Positions 18,987 through 27,385 of a stretch of DNA of 64,000 nt are shown here, piece after piece. The translations under genes were made by a program, and so were the position numbers. The DNA is taken from positions 257,471 through 321,470 of the forward strand of contig CAWKFH010000003.1 in assembly GCA_963848845.1 (NCBI GenBank), given 5' to 3'. The number at the start of each line of letters is the position of its first letter. The stretch's first letter is position 1. Below the pieces are notes generated by a model. That model worked only from the letters and a program-made list of their open reading frames with translations, was not told the origin of the DNA and did not search any database. The stretch comes from an uncultured Actinomycetota bacterium (lineage in GTDB: Bacteria; Actinomycetota; Actinomycetes; Propionibacteriales; Propionibacteriaceae).

Positions 18987-19442
18987 TCACTCGATTCTCA
19001 TAAGGCTCTGGCCCTGCAGGGTGATGGTTGGGTCGAAGCCCAGCACTACCGGCGCAAGCCAGGTGTGCACGTAGGTGAGCGTCACCGTGACAGTTCCCCC
19101 GGTGTCGACAGTCGCATCGTCGAGCGAGCACGCGCTTCCCGATGCGGTCTTGCAGGTGACGACGACAATCGTGCCGGAGTCGGTGGCGCCGGGCATTGCG
19201 GCGATCGCCGCTTCCGTCGCCGCTTGCGCCTGGAACGTATTGCCACCGAGTGCCGCCGACCGTGACCCCTCGCGGGCCGCGTTCGCAACCACGGCCTGGG
19301 TGGTCATCACCGTTCCGAACTCGACGATACCGAACACGAGCATGATGAGGACGGGGGCTACCAACGCGAATTCAAGGGCAGCGGCCCCCCGCTGCGACTT
19401 ACGCGATCTCCACTTGGTGAGCACGCGCTTCCATTCTGCCAT
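18987..19442 (-). CDS. tadE: TadE-family pilus assembly protein / minor pseudopilin (151 aa)
   Basis: The N-terminus QRGAAALEFALVAPVLIMLVFGIVEFG is the TadE signature. GGAG lies 10 nt upstream of the ATG at 19442. Confidence 0.8.
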   Translation of the reverse strand: MAEWKRVLTKWRSRKSQRGAAALEFALVAPVLIMLVFGIVEFGTVMTTQAVVANAAREGSRSAALGGNTFQAQAATEAAIAAMPGATDSGTIVVVTCKTASGSACSLDDATVDTGGTVTVTLTYVHTWLAPVVLGFDPTITLQGQSLMRIE

Positions 19443-19476
19443 TTAAACTACTCCGGACCCCTCCAGAATCAATCGG

Positions 19477-19505
19477 AGTCTAAGGCCGGGTGCAGAGCGT
19501 GTCAA
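19477..19505 (-). promoter_or_regulatory. Candidate sigma-A-type promoter of the tadE-tadG operon
   Basis: On the minus strand: TTGACA (19505-19500), a 17-nt spacer, then TAGACT (19482-19477). The -10 lies about 35 nt upstream of the tadE ATG. Confidence 0.45.
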
Positions 19506-19658
19506 TGCAGCGGTGGATCTCCATACATTAGTGCAGGTCGGCCGATTGGTTGGGATTGTTGTCGGAGTGTCGCACCGCGAGATCTGGTGCATGATCCCTA
19601 GCCAGCGGGACAATGCAGGCAAAGCTCAGGCACCGCTGATCGGCTTCAACCAATCCCG

Positions 19659-19716
19659 GTGTCCCCCTTTCGGGCGACACTGCTCCAGGTGCCCTTGTCC
19701 CCCTTTCGGGCGACAC
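19659..19716. repeat. Two exact copies of the 21-nt palindromic unit TGTCCCCCTTTCGGGCGACAC, 15 nt apart
   Basis: 19660-19680 and 19696-19716 are identical. Each can fold as GTGTC(C)CCC-TTTC-GGG(C)GACAC. They sit between the stop of the vWA gene (19743) and the tadE promoter. Confidence 0.75.
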
Positions 19717-19742
19717 GAAAAGCCGCAGAATGCCCCCAAACC

Positions 19743-21254
19743 CTATTGCTGCGGGAACCCGATTTTCTCGAGCACTCGGCGGCGTCCACTGACGTAGGCG
19801 ATTTCCAGGTCACCCATTTGGATGACATCGCCGTCAGCCACCAGCCCGCTGGCCCGATCGGCGCCGAGGTGGGCGTTGATGCGCACTGCCCGCTGGCCGC
19901 GGGTCGCTCCCCTGGCGCCGACCAGCACACCGCTGAGTCCGGCCAGTTCACCCGCACCCTCTGGCGCTGCCAACTTCATTCGCCGGCCCATGAGCACAAT
20001 GTCCGCAACCCCGCGCCCGTCCCGGGTGAAGGCGAGCAGTCCGTCCATGCGCGGGGTGAGCAGCGTCCGGCCGATCAGCAGCAACACGGCGCCGAACGCG
20101 ACCAGTACGGCGATGACGCCAAGGGTTGGCAGCAGGACCGGTGGGAGCTTGAGTGGTGGCGGCGGAACCACTGCGCTCCCGACGAGTTCCGGGGCGAACA
20201 CCAGCCCGAGATCCTTCTCCAGCACGTTCGCCCAGGGAGAGGCCACCTTCGCGACCAGGCTCACCCCGGCATCGGATCCCGGCGTTCCCGACACGGTCGC
20301 CTGCGCCTGGACGGTGACGTGGCTGCCGGGTTCGAGGGTCACCTTGTCCGGCAAGCCGGAAAGGGTGACCCTCAGGCCCGCCGGCGCCTTCACCTGCAAC
20401 CCGCTCAGTTCCACCGGCACGTGCGCATAGGGTGAGGTGAACTCGAGGCTCACCGCCGCCGGCGCATTGTTCGCCAGCGCCGAGGTGAGGTCTCCGGTCC
20501 AGGCCACCTTGATCGGCGCGGCCAGTTCGTCCTTGAGGGCTTTCGCTGCCTGCAGCCGGACCAGGTCTCCGGCGACCTGGGCAAAGCGGTTGCCGACCTC
20601 GGTCGAACTCACCTCCGTTGCCAGGGGGAACACCTTCTTCAACAATGCTGCGTCCGTGGTGGCCTTGAGGGAGACGGCGTAGGCGGCAACCTCATGACCG
20701 ATGGCGAGTTCGGTGGCGCGGGTCCTCAGCTTCTTCCATGCCGCCGACCTGTGGTCCGCGTACGCCGAACCCGGGAGGGTGTCCGTCTTCCCGTCGGTGA
20801 TCAGGATCAGGGCGGTCAGCCGGTGGGTGTCCTCGCTCTCGAGGGCCTTGAGCCCGGCGGCGATGCCGGCACCGATGTCGGTGTGGTCGCCAGTGGCTCT
20901 GGCCGGCAGCTTGGCCACGATGGCGTCGGGGTTCTTCCCGATCACCCCGCGGAACCGGGCTTCAGCCCTGGCATCGAACGTCAGCAGGGAGACCCGGTCG
21001 TCGGCGTCGAGGTCGGCAAGGAGCTTGCGCAGCTCGAGCCGGACCGCTTGATAGCGCCCGCCCTGGTTCATCGATCCCGAAGTGTCGACCACCACGACGT
21101 AGTCCGCCGGCTCGGGGGCCAGTCCAAGTGCCTTGATGACCTCGTCGACACCGATCGCGGCCGGAGCAGCCTGCGCCGGCACTGGGGCCGCCAGCAGGCA
21201 GGAGCCCGCCAGGCCCAGGAGGGCCCCGACCAACTTCGTTCTGAATCCCACCAC
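19743..21254 (-). CDS. Secreted or membrane-anchored von Willebrand A domain protein with a C-terminal TM helix and a ~105-aa cytoplasmic FHA-like tail (503 aa)
   Basis: GTG start is preceded by AGAGGGG. The signal peptide is LLGLAGSCLLAAPVPAQAAP. MIDAS motif YVVVVDTSGSM and LILITDGKTD are present. The TM helix is PTLGVIAVLVAFGAVLLLIG. The tail ends ...GLVADGDVIQMGDLEIAYV; the FHA-like call is tentative. Confidence 0.75.
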   Translation of the reverse strand: MVGFRTKLVGALLGLAGSCLLAAPVPAQAAPAAIGVDEVIKALGLAPEPADYVVVVDTSGSMNQGGRYQAVRLELRKLLADLDADDRVSLLTFDARAEARFRGVIGKNPDAIVAKLPARATGDHTDIGAGIAAGLKALESEDTHRLTALILITDGKTDTLPGSAYADHRSAAWKKLRTRATELAIGHEVAAYAVSLKATTDAALLKKVFPLATEVSSTEVGNRFAQVAGDLVRLQAAKALKDELAAPIKVAWTGDLTSALANNAPAAVSLEFTSPYAHVPVELSGLQVKAPAGLRVTLSGLPDKVTLEPGSHVTVQAQATVSGTPGSDAGVSLVAKVASPWANVLEKDLGLVFAPELVGSAVVPPPPLKLPPVLLPTLGVIAVLVAFGAVLLLIGRTLLTPRMDGLLAFTRDGRGVADIVLMGRRMKLAAPEGAGELAGLSGVLVGARGATRGQRAVRINAHLGADRASGLVADGDVIQMGDLEIAYVSGRRRVLEKIGFPQQ

Positions 21255-21268
21255 AAACCCCTCTTAGA

Positions 21269-21328
21269 TGTCCTCTTTCGGGTGACTCATACCCCGAATA
21301 ACTCATTTCATGTCCCCTTTCGGGGGAC
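21269..21328. repeat. Two copies of the locus-specific palindrome in the vWA/flp divergent region
   Basis: 21269-21286 is TGTCCTCTTTCGGGTGAC and ends 14 nt from the vWA GTG start. 21311-21328 is TGTCCCCTTTCGGGGGAC. Confidence 0.7.
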
Positions 21329-21495
21329 CGTGGAGAGCCTAATGGGAACAGCCTAATACGAATCTCAGACTTCTTCGAGCAAACCTTTGACAAACCACTG
21401 GGGGCGTGTGTAATCATTCTATCGAAGTGACTCTGGGGGGAAGGTTTCCGGGGTCACCAGCGGAAACCTATCCCAACACCTGAAAGGGGTCTCTC

Positions 21496-21681
21496 ATGAA
21501 GAACCTACCCGCCAAGATCGTCGGCTCCATCGTCGCCACCAAGGAACGGGGCGCCACCGCCGTCGAGTACGGCATCATGGTCGCGCTCATCGCCGCCGTC
21601 ATCATCACCGCCGTGACTCTGCTCGGCAGCAACATCAGCGGCCTGTTCAACTCTGTCGCCGGCGATATCGCCGTCCCGTGA
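21496..21681 (+). CDS. flp: Flp/Fap-family type IVb pilin precursor (61 aa)
   Basis: MKNLPAKIVGSIVATKERG/ATAVEYGIMVALIAAVIITAV carries the canonical Flp G/xTAxEY processing motif followed by a hydrophobic helix. AAAGGGG RBS precedes the ATG. Confidence 0.9.
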   Translation: MKNLPAKIVGSIVATKERGATAVEYGIMVALIAAVIITAVTLLGSNISGLFNSVAGDIAVP

Positions 21682-21699
21682 TCTCGGATTGAAGCCGTT

Positions 21700-21735
21700 G
21701 CGAGGCGCCCCGGGCTGCCGCCCGGGGCGCCTCGC
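21700..21735 (+). terminator. Perfect 15-bp GC-rich stem-loop 19 nt after the flp stop (terminator or attenuator)
   Basis: GCGAGGCGCCCCGGG - ctgccg - CCCGGGGCGCCTCGC. It sits between flp and the assembly genes. There is no U-tract. Confidence 0.55.
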
Positions 21736-21772
21736 TCCTTCCACAAGAGACGGTCACGCCGGAAGACCAAGT

Positions 21773-21791
21773 GTCACCCGGACGGAGGACA
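21773..21791. repeat. Inverted-orientation copy of the locus-specific palindrome between flp and cpaB
   Basis: GTCACCCGGACGGAGGACA is the reverse complement of TGTCCTCCGTCCGGGTGAC. Confidence 0.55.
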
Positions 21792-21852
21792 AATATCCCC
21801 CAGGGGGCATTCCCCCCACCCGGTCGACAACTAAACGGCCTACGAGATTATC

Positions 21853-21884
21853 GTTACTTGTCACCCTTAAGGATGACAAGTAAC
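21853..21884. promoter_or_regulatory. 32-bp near-perfect AT-rich palindrome (candidate operator) upstream of cpaB
   Basis: GTTACTTGTCA-C-CCTTAAGG-A-TGACAAGTAAC has 11-bp perfect arms, a palindromic CCTTAAGG core and only one mismatched pair. Its core, GTCACCC-TTAA-GGATGAC, resembles the locus motif. Confidence 0.5.
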
Positions 21885-22027
21885 GCCGATCCGGCCCGCG
21901 AATCCGGTTATTGACAAGGCTCAAGAAGAGCAATACTCGTCACGGCCTGCTGGCGGCAGGAAGACGAGCGCCACCCGACAGCCCAGCTGTCGACCATTGT
22001 TAACAACTCGAGTCCAAGGCGGTCCCA

Positions 22028-22735
22028 ATGCAACGCCGAATCATCGCCGCGGTCGCCGCGGTCCTCCTCGCTGGCATCGGCGCGGCCATGCTCTACAGCT
22101 ACGTGAACACTGCCGAAGCCAGAGCGTTGGCCAAGATGGAGACGACCACCGTGCTGGTCGCAACCAAGGTCATCCCCGCCGGCACCCTCGGCGCGGACCT
22201 TGCCCCGTTCGTCGCACTCAAGCAGCTACCCAAGATTGCCGTGGTCGATGGCACTCTCACCGATGTGGTCAACGTTGGCGACCTCGTCACCACCAGTGAC
22301 TTCCAGATCGGCGAGCAGCTCCTTGCTGCGCGGTTCGGCGAACCCAACATGACCACCGCCGGCGAGGTCGACGTCCCCTCCGACCTGCAGCAGCTGACCG
22401 TCCAGCTTGGTCCTGACCGCGTCATCGGCACCAACATCGCGCCCGGGAACAAGGTCGGCGTCATGATCTCCAAGGAAGAGAACCAGGTGGGCCTGACCAA
22501 GCTGGCCTTCCGCGATGTCCTGGTCACCAGGGTGCAGGGCGCGCCCGGCGCGCCTGCAGAAGCCGGCGACGTCGCCCCCTCCAGCGACCTGCTGGTCACC
22601 CTGGCGATCTCGCCCCAAAGCGCAGCCCAGATCGTCTGGGGTGCCGAGTTCGGCCATCTCTATCTGGTCCTTGAGCCCGTGGATGGCGACCACGACAGCT
22701 TGCCTCTGGTCAAGGCGAAGACAGTCCTCGGATGA
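22028..22735 (+). CDS. cpaB: Flp pilus assembly protein CpaB/RcpC (SAF-domain, 235 aa)
   Basis: N-terminal TM helix IIAAVAAVLLAGIGAAMLY is followed by a SAF-like segment (VLVATKVIPAGTLG). It is the first gene after flp and shares an ATGA overlap with tadZ. Confidence 0.75.
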   Translation: MQRRIIAAVAAVLLAGIGAAMLYSYVNTAEARALAKMETTTVLVATKVIPAGTLGADLAPFVALKQLPKIAVVDGTLTDVVNVGDLVTTSDFQIGEQLLAARFGEPNMTTAGEVDVPSDLQQLTVQLGPDRVIGTNIAPGNKVGVMISKEENQVGLTKLAFRDVLVTRVQGAPGAPAEAGDVAPSSDLLVTLAISPQSAAQIVWGAEFGHLYLVLEPVDGDHDSLPLVKAKTVLG

Positions 22736-23934
22736 GCCCGGTACTGGTCATCAGCCGCAACCCCCAGGTGGTGGACCTGGTTCAGCAGGCCTGGGGGCCC
22801 GATGGCTACGCGATTGCGCCCGAACAGTTCCCCGACAATGTGCCGGCGCTGCTGAACCTCCTGCAGGGGGCACCTCTCCCCGTGATCGCCGTGCTCGACC
22901 CGACCGAACAGGTCACGGCGGCACTCGCATTGGCTGTGGAACTTGATCGGAACTTCAGCATCGCTTCCATCCTCGTGAGTGACCAGGCGGCGGAGCTCGG
23001 TCTCGCCGCCATGCGGGCCGGGGTGCGCGACATCGTCCGCCCGGGCGCGCCTGTGGAAGAGATGAAGCATGCCTTGGAGCGGGCCGCCACCCACTCCGGG
23101 CCGCGGGTGCAGCAGAAGCCGGGTACGCCCGGTGCAGCCACCCAGCGGGGGAAGGTGGTCACGGTGGCTTCGCCCAAAGGTGGCGTGGGGAAGACCACCG
23201 TGTCCACCAACCTCGCTCTCGGTCTGGCCCAGAAGCTGCCCAAGTCGACGGTCCTTGTCGATCTCGACCTTCATTTCGGAGACGTCGCCAGCGCCCTCAA
23301 CATCAGTCCTGACTACACCTTGCCGGACATGGCCCACGGGCCGGCCAGCCACGACCCGCTGGCCCTGAAGAGCTACCTCTACCTGCACCAGACCGGGTTG
23401 TACGTCGTGCCGGGCTCGGAGTCCCCGGCAGCGGCGGACGCGGTCACCTCCAAGGAGGTGGTCAACCTCCTGGACACCCTGGCCGGCCAGTTCAAGTACG
23501 TGGTCGTCGACACCGCGCCAGGCCTCAGCGAGCACACCCTCGCTGTGCTGGACCAGACCGACATCCTGGTCATGGTGACCAGCCTTGACGTCCCCGGCGT
23601 CCGTGGCCTCCGCAAGGAATTGGACACCCTGCGCGACATCGGCCTGCTGCTGGAGTCCCGCACCGTTGTGCTCAACTTCATGCACCCCAGCCGTGGGATC
23701 TCCGTCGCGGACGTCGAGGCATCAATCGGCCGCAAGGTGGACTTCCAGATACCGCAGTCGAACTCGGTTCCGATCTCGGTGAACCAGGGCATCCCGCTGC
23801 TCCAGGGCGGCAGCCGAGATCCGGTCACGAAGGCGCTCCGCGCCCTCGTCGACACCATCGACAACGACGAGAAGGCCGGCAACAAGGGCCGCCGCTTCCT
23901 CGACTTCGGGCACAAGAAGGAGGCGGTCCAATGA
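22732..23934 (+). CDS. tadZ: TadZ/CpaE pilus-localisation ATPase (pseudo-receiver N-domain plus ParA/MinD-type ATPase, 400 aa)
   Basis: Deviant Walker [26 protein letters not shown] is present with a receiver-like N-terminal ~120 aa. ATGA overlaps occur on both sides. Confidence 0.85.
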   Translation: MSPVLVISRNPQVVDLVQQAWGPDGYAIAPEQFPDNVPALLNLLQGAPLPVIAVLDPTEQVTAALALAVELDRNFSIASILVSDQAAELGLAAMRAGVRDIVRPGAPVEEMKHALERAATHSGPRVQQKPGTPGAATQRGKVVTVASPKGGVGKTTVSTNLALGLAQKLPKSTVLVDLDLHFGDVASALNISPDYTLPDMAHGPASHDPLALKSYLYLHQTGLYVVPGSESPAAADAVTSKEVVNLLDTLAGQFKYVVVDTAPGLSEHTLAVLDQTDILVMVTSLDVPGVRGLRKELDTLRDIGLLLESRTVVLNFMHPSRGISVADVEASIGRKVDFQIPQSNSVPISVNQGIPLLQGGSRDPVTKALRALVDTIDNDEKAGNKGRRFLDFGHKKEAVQ

Positions 23935-25532
23935 ACCTCACCGAGCGAGTCCTGGCCGTGCAGAAGGGTGAGCGCGGGATCCCGCGCGACTCGAACTCGC
24001 CCAGGGCCGGTTCCACCCCGACCCGCGCCTTCGAGCCCGGCTCCCCCGCGGCCCCCGCAGCGCCCGCAGCCCCCGCCGGCGGCAATGCGCCGCCGGCCCC
24101 CTGGCTGCCGGTGCCCGAGTCCACCCAGCAGCCCGCCGCGGCACCGTCGGTGACCTGGGCGCCGCCAACCTTGACCGGGACGGACGACCAGCATCGCCTG
24201 GCCGCCCGGGCACCGGCGCCGCCGCTGGCGGTGGAGACCCACGACGCGCTTTCCCGAATCAAGGAGGACGCCGTCGAGCAGCTGTTCGAACGGATGGGGG
24301 CGCGGCTCAACGACCCGAACCTCGACGAGGCAGCTCTGCGCGGCCTGGTTCAGCAGGAACTCAACGCGATCATCGAGGGTGGGAAGCTGCCGCTGACCGC
24401 CCGCGAGCGGCAACGCCTGATCCGCGAGGTTCACGACGACGTCCTCGGACTCGGTCCGCTGCAGCCACTGGTCGACGACAAGGCCGTCACCGAGGTGATG
24501 GTGAACGGCCCGTACAAGGTTTACATCGAGCGCGCCGGCAAGCTGACGCTCTCCCAGGTCCGCTTCAAGGACGAACCCCACCTGCGCCGGGTCATCGAAC
24601 GCATCGTCAGCCGGGTCGGCCGCCGCATCGACGAGTCCTCGCCGCTGGTCGACGCCCGCCTCGAGGATGGCTCCCGCGTGAACGCGATCATCCCGCCCCT
24701 GGCGGTGAGCGGGTCGACGCTGACCATCCGCAAGTTCTCCAAGGATGCGCTCACCGTCCCCGACCTGATCAAGCTGCGGACGCTCACCCCGGAGATCGCC
24801 GAACTGCTCAACGCCTGTGTCGTCGCCCGGCTGAACATCATCGTCTCCGGCGGCACCGGAACCGGCAAGACGACCCTGCTGAACATCCTGTCGGGGTTCA
24901 TTCCGAGTACCGAGCGCATCGTCTCGATCGAGGACGCCGTCGAGCTCCAGCTGCAGCAGGACCACGTGGTCCGGCTGGAGTCCCGCCCGCCCAACGTCGA
25001 GGGCAAGGGTGAGGTGACGATCCGCGACCTGGTCAAGAACTCGCTGCGCATGCGACCCGACCGCATCATCGTCGGCGAGTGTCGTGGCGGCGAGGCCCTC
25101 GACATGCTCCAGGCCATGAACACCGGCCATGACGGATCGCTGTCCACCATCCACGCCAACACCACCCGCGATGCTCTTGCCCGGCTCGAGACCCTGGTGC
25201 TGATGGCCGGCATGGACCTGCCGCTGCGGGCCATTCGCGAGCAGGTCTGCAGCGCCATCGACGTGATCATCCAGATCACTCGTCTTCGGGACGGCAGCCG
25301 ACGGGTCACCTCGGTGACCGAGGTACAGGGCATGGAGGGCCAGACCATCACCATGCAGGAGGTCTTCGGGTTCGACTACTCCGCCGGGATCGCCCCCGAC
25401 GGCACCTTCCTCGGCCAGATCCGGCCCACCGGCGTGCGCCCGGGCTTCACCCAGAAATTCGATGACTACGGGATCCAGCTGACCCCCGGCATCTTCGGCA
25501 CCGGCGACCTGTGGTCGGGGGGGCACCGCTGA
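23931..25532 (+). CDS. tadA: TadA/CpaF secretion ATPase (533 aa, with an Ala/Pro-rich N-terminal extension)
   Basis: Contains [19 protein letters not shown], Walker [14 protein letters not shown], and [33 protein letters not shown]. Confidence 0.9.
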   Translation: MNLTERVLAVQKGERGIPRDSNSPRAGSTPTRAFEPGSPAAPAAPAAPAGGNAPPAPWLPVPESTQQPAAAPSVTWAPPTLTGTDDQHRLAARAPAPPLAVETHDALSRIKEDAVEQLFERMGARLNDPNLDEAALRGLVQQELNAIIEGGKLPLTARERQRLIREVHDDVLGLGPLQPLVDDKAVTEVMVNGPYKVYIERAGKLTLSQVRFKDEPHLRRVIERIVSRVGRRIDESSPLVDARLEDGSRVNAIIPPLAVSGSTLTIRKFSKDALTVPDLIKLRTLTPEIAELLNACVVARLNIIVSGGTGTGKTTLLNILSGFIPSTERIVSIEDAVELQLQQDHVVRLESRPPNVEGKGEVTIRDLVKNSLRMRPDRIIVGECRGGEALDMLQAMNTGHDGSLSTIHANTTRDALARLETLVLMAGMDLPLRAIREQVCSAIDVIIQITRLRDGSRRVTSVTEVQGMEGQTITMQEVFGFDYSAGIAPDGTFLGQIRPTGVRPGFTQKFDDYGIQLTPGIFGTGDLWSGGHR

Positions 25533-26476
25533 TGGGCTTCTTCGCATCCCCGATGGCCCTGACGACCGGCTGGACACTGCTCGGCCTCGCCGGTCTGCTG
25601 ACGTTCGTGCTGTTGATGCTGCCCAACCGTCGGCTGCCCCTTGCCCGCCGACGGCCAGGTTCGCAGGACACCGGATCCGGCCTGAAGAAGATTGCCGGCG
25701 CGGCCACCGACACCGTCGACAAAGTCATGCGCGGCCGCGGCGGCTCGTTGAACGCAATCCTCGAAGAAGCCGGCGTGACCACCCCGGCCAAGGACCTGAT
25801 CGTCATCGTCGGCGCCGCAACCCTTGCCTGTTTCGCGTTCGGACTGGTGGCCGGGCAGCCAGTCGTCGGAGTGCTGCTGGCGCTGCTGTGCCCGATGGCT
25901 GGCCGGATGGTGCTGTCCATGCTGGCGGATCGGCGCAGAAAGGCCTTCGGCGGACAGCTGGATGAGATCCTGCAGATGATGGCCGGCAGCCTACGCGCCG
26001 GCTACAGCCTGCCGCAGGCGGTGGCGACCATCTCCCAGGAGGCGGAGCAGCCGGTCTCGACGGAATTCGCCCGGGTGACCAACGAGGCCCGGGTTGGCCG
26101 GTCGATGATGGAATCCCTGGATGACGTCGCGGCGCGGATGCGCAACGAGGACTTCTACTGGATCACCCAGGCCATCGGGATCAACCGGGAGGTCGGCGGC
26201 AACCTCGCCGATGTCCTCGACAACGTCAGCAAGACGATCCGCGAGCGCACCCAGATGAAGCGGCAGGTGGCAGCGCTGGCCGCCGACGGCAAGCTGTCGG
26301 CAATCATCCTGATGCTGCTGCCCTTCGTGATCACCCTGGTCCTGTTCGTCCTGAACCCGACCTACATCATGAAGCTGTTCACCGAACCCATCGGCTGGAT
26401 GATGCTCGGAGTTGGCGCGATCATGCTCGCCATCGGCGGCTTCTGGCTGGCCAAGGTAATCAACCTCAAGTACTAG
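25532..26476 (+). CDS. tadB: TadB (type II secretion system F-family inner-membrane platform protein)
   Basis: ATG 25532 overlaps the tadA stop (TGATG); an alternative GTG start lies at 25511. The TM - soluble T2SSF-like domain - TM layout is present (QMMAGSLRAGYSLPQAV, GKLSAIILMLLPFVITLVLFVLNP). Confidence 0.8.
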   Translation: MGFFASPMALTTGWTLLGLAGLLTFVLLMLPNRRLPLARRRPGSQDTGSGLKKIAGAATDTVDKVMRGRGGSLNAILEEAGVTTPAKDLIVIVGAATLACFAFGLVAGQPVVGVLLALLCPMAGRMVLSMLADRRRKAFGGQLDEILQMMAGSLRAGYSLPQAVATISQEAEQPVSTEFARVTNEARVGRSMMESLDDVAARMRNEDFYWITQAIGINREVGGNLADVLDNVSKTIRERTQMKRQVAALAADGKLSAIILMLLPFVITLVLFVLNPTYIMKLFTEPIGWMMLGVGAIMLAIGGFWLAKVINLKY

Positions 26477-26485
26477 GACGCGCAC

Positions 26486-27385
26486 ATGCAACCCATCGCC
26501 CTCGTCGCGATCGCCGCCCTGACGCTCGGCCTCGGCACCCTGCTCTGGTTCGCTTTCGGCGGCGGAACTGCCGGACGGAAGCAGATGCTCGCCAACCTGC
26601 GCCGCCAACAGGAGCAGCCCAAGGAAACGATCAGCATTCCCACCGACCAGCAACCGGGCGGCCTGGCGAGGCTGCTGCGCCGCGGCCTGCCGGTGCCACT
26701 GGTGAAGTCGATCACCAAACTCTGGTCCGGTGCCGGACGTCCCGAGCACAACACCCCCGACCGGGTCATGGCGATGATGGCCCTGTTCGGCCTGGTGGGC
26801 GCGGTCGTCGGCATCCTGGCGTCCCGGGTCGTCGCGGCGCCGCTCGGGATCATCCTGGGCCTCGGCATCTTCGTGCTCGCCTTCTTCCTCCCCATGGTCC
26901 GGCTGCAGAGCGCCGGAGCCGACCGCAAGACCGCGATCAAGCGGGAGTTGCCGGACACGCTCGACCAGATGAGCATCGCGGTCAACGCCGGCCTCGGCTT
27001 CGACGCAGCCATGTTGCGGGTGGCCAGGAACGGGAAGGGGGTACTCGCCAACGAACTGGTGCGCACGCTGCAGGACATCCAGGTCGGGCAGACCCGGCGG
27101 GTGGCCTACGAGGACCTCGCAACGCGCACCGGGGTGGACACGTTGCGGAGGTTCGTCCGCTCGATCATCCAGGCCGAGGCCTACGGCATCGCCCTCTCCG
27201 ACGTCCTCCAGGCCCAGGCGGACGAGCTACGGCTGGAGCGGAGCCAGCACGCCGAGCGGAAGGCGATGGAGATCCCGGTGAAGGTGGTCTTCCCGCTGAT
27301 CCTGTTCATCATGCCGGCCATGTTCATCGTGGTGATGGGCCCGGCGGTGATCGGCATCATGGAAGCCTTCGGCAGCATGGGCTGA
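26486..27385 (+). CDS. tadC: TadC (type II secretion system F-family inner-membrane platform protein)
   Basis: Contains LPDTLDQMSIAVNAGLGFDAAM...IIQAEAYGIALSDVL and C-terminal TM helices. It lies directly after tadB. Confidence 0.8.
   Translation: MQPIALVAIAALTLGLGTLLWFAFGGGTAGRKQMLANLRRQQEQPKETISIPTDQQPGGLARLLRRGLPVPLVKSITKLWSGAGRPEHNTPDRVMAMMALFGLVGAVVGILASRVVAAPLGIILGLGIFVLAFFLPMVRLQSAGADRKTAIKRELPDTLDQMSIAVNAGLGFDAAMLRVARNGKGVLANELVRTLQDIQVGQTRRVAYEDLATRTGVDTLRRFVRSIIQAEAYGIALSDVLQAQADELRLERSQHAERKAMEIPVKVVFPLILFIMPAMFIVVMGPAVIGIMEAFGSMG

Noticed and set aside
17392-19074. Long antisense or alternative-frame ORFs over recognised genes (17392..19074 +, 23379..25577 -, 24521..25354 -, 37143..38687 +, 43829..45202 -, 56275..57879 +, 39837..41348 -)
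   Set aside because: Each overlaps a gene with clear catalytic or family motifs on the other strand or frame. Each has Arg/Pro/Gly-biased low-complexity composition.
19659-19716. Two identical 21-nt units, considered as a mini-CRISPR array
   Set aside because: There are only two units, the spacer is 15 nt, the units are palindromic members of a wider locus-specific motif family, and there are no cas genes.
21386-21415. A flp promoter from TTGACA (21386-21391) plus TAATCA (21410-21415)
   Set aside because: The -35 is perfect, but the -10 is poor (no TAnnnT) at 18-nt spacing. It was not reported as a feature because it cannot be distinguished from chance.
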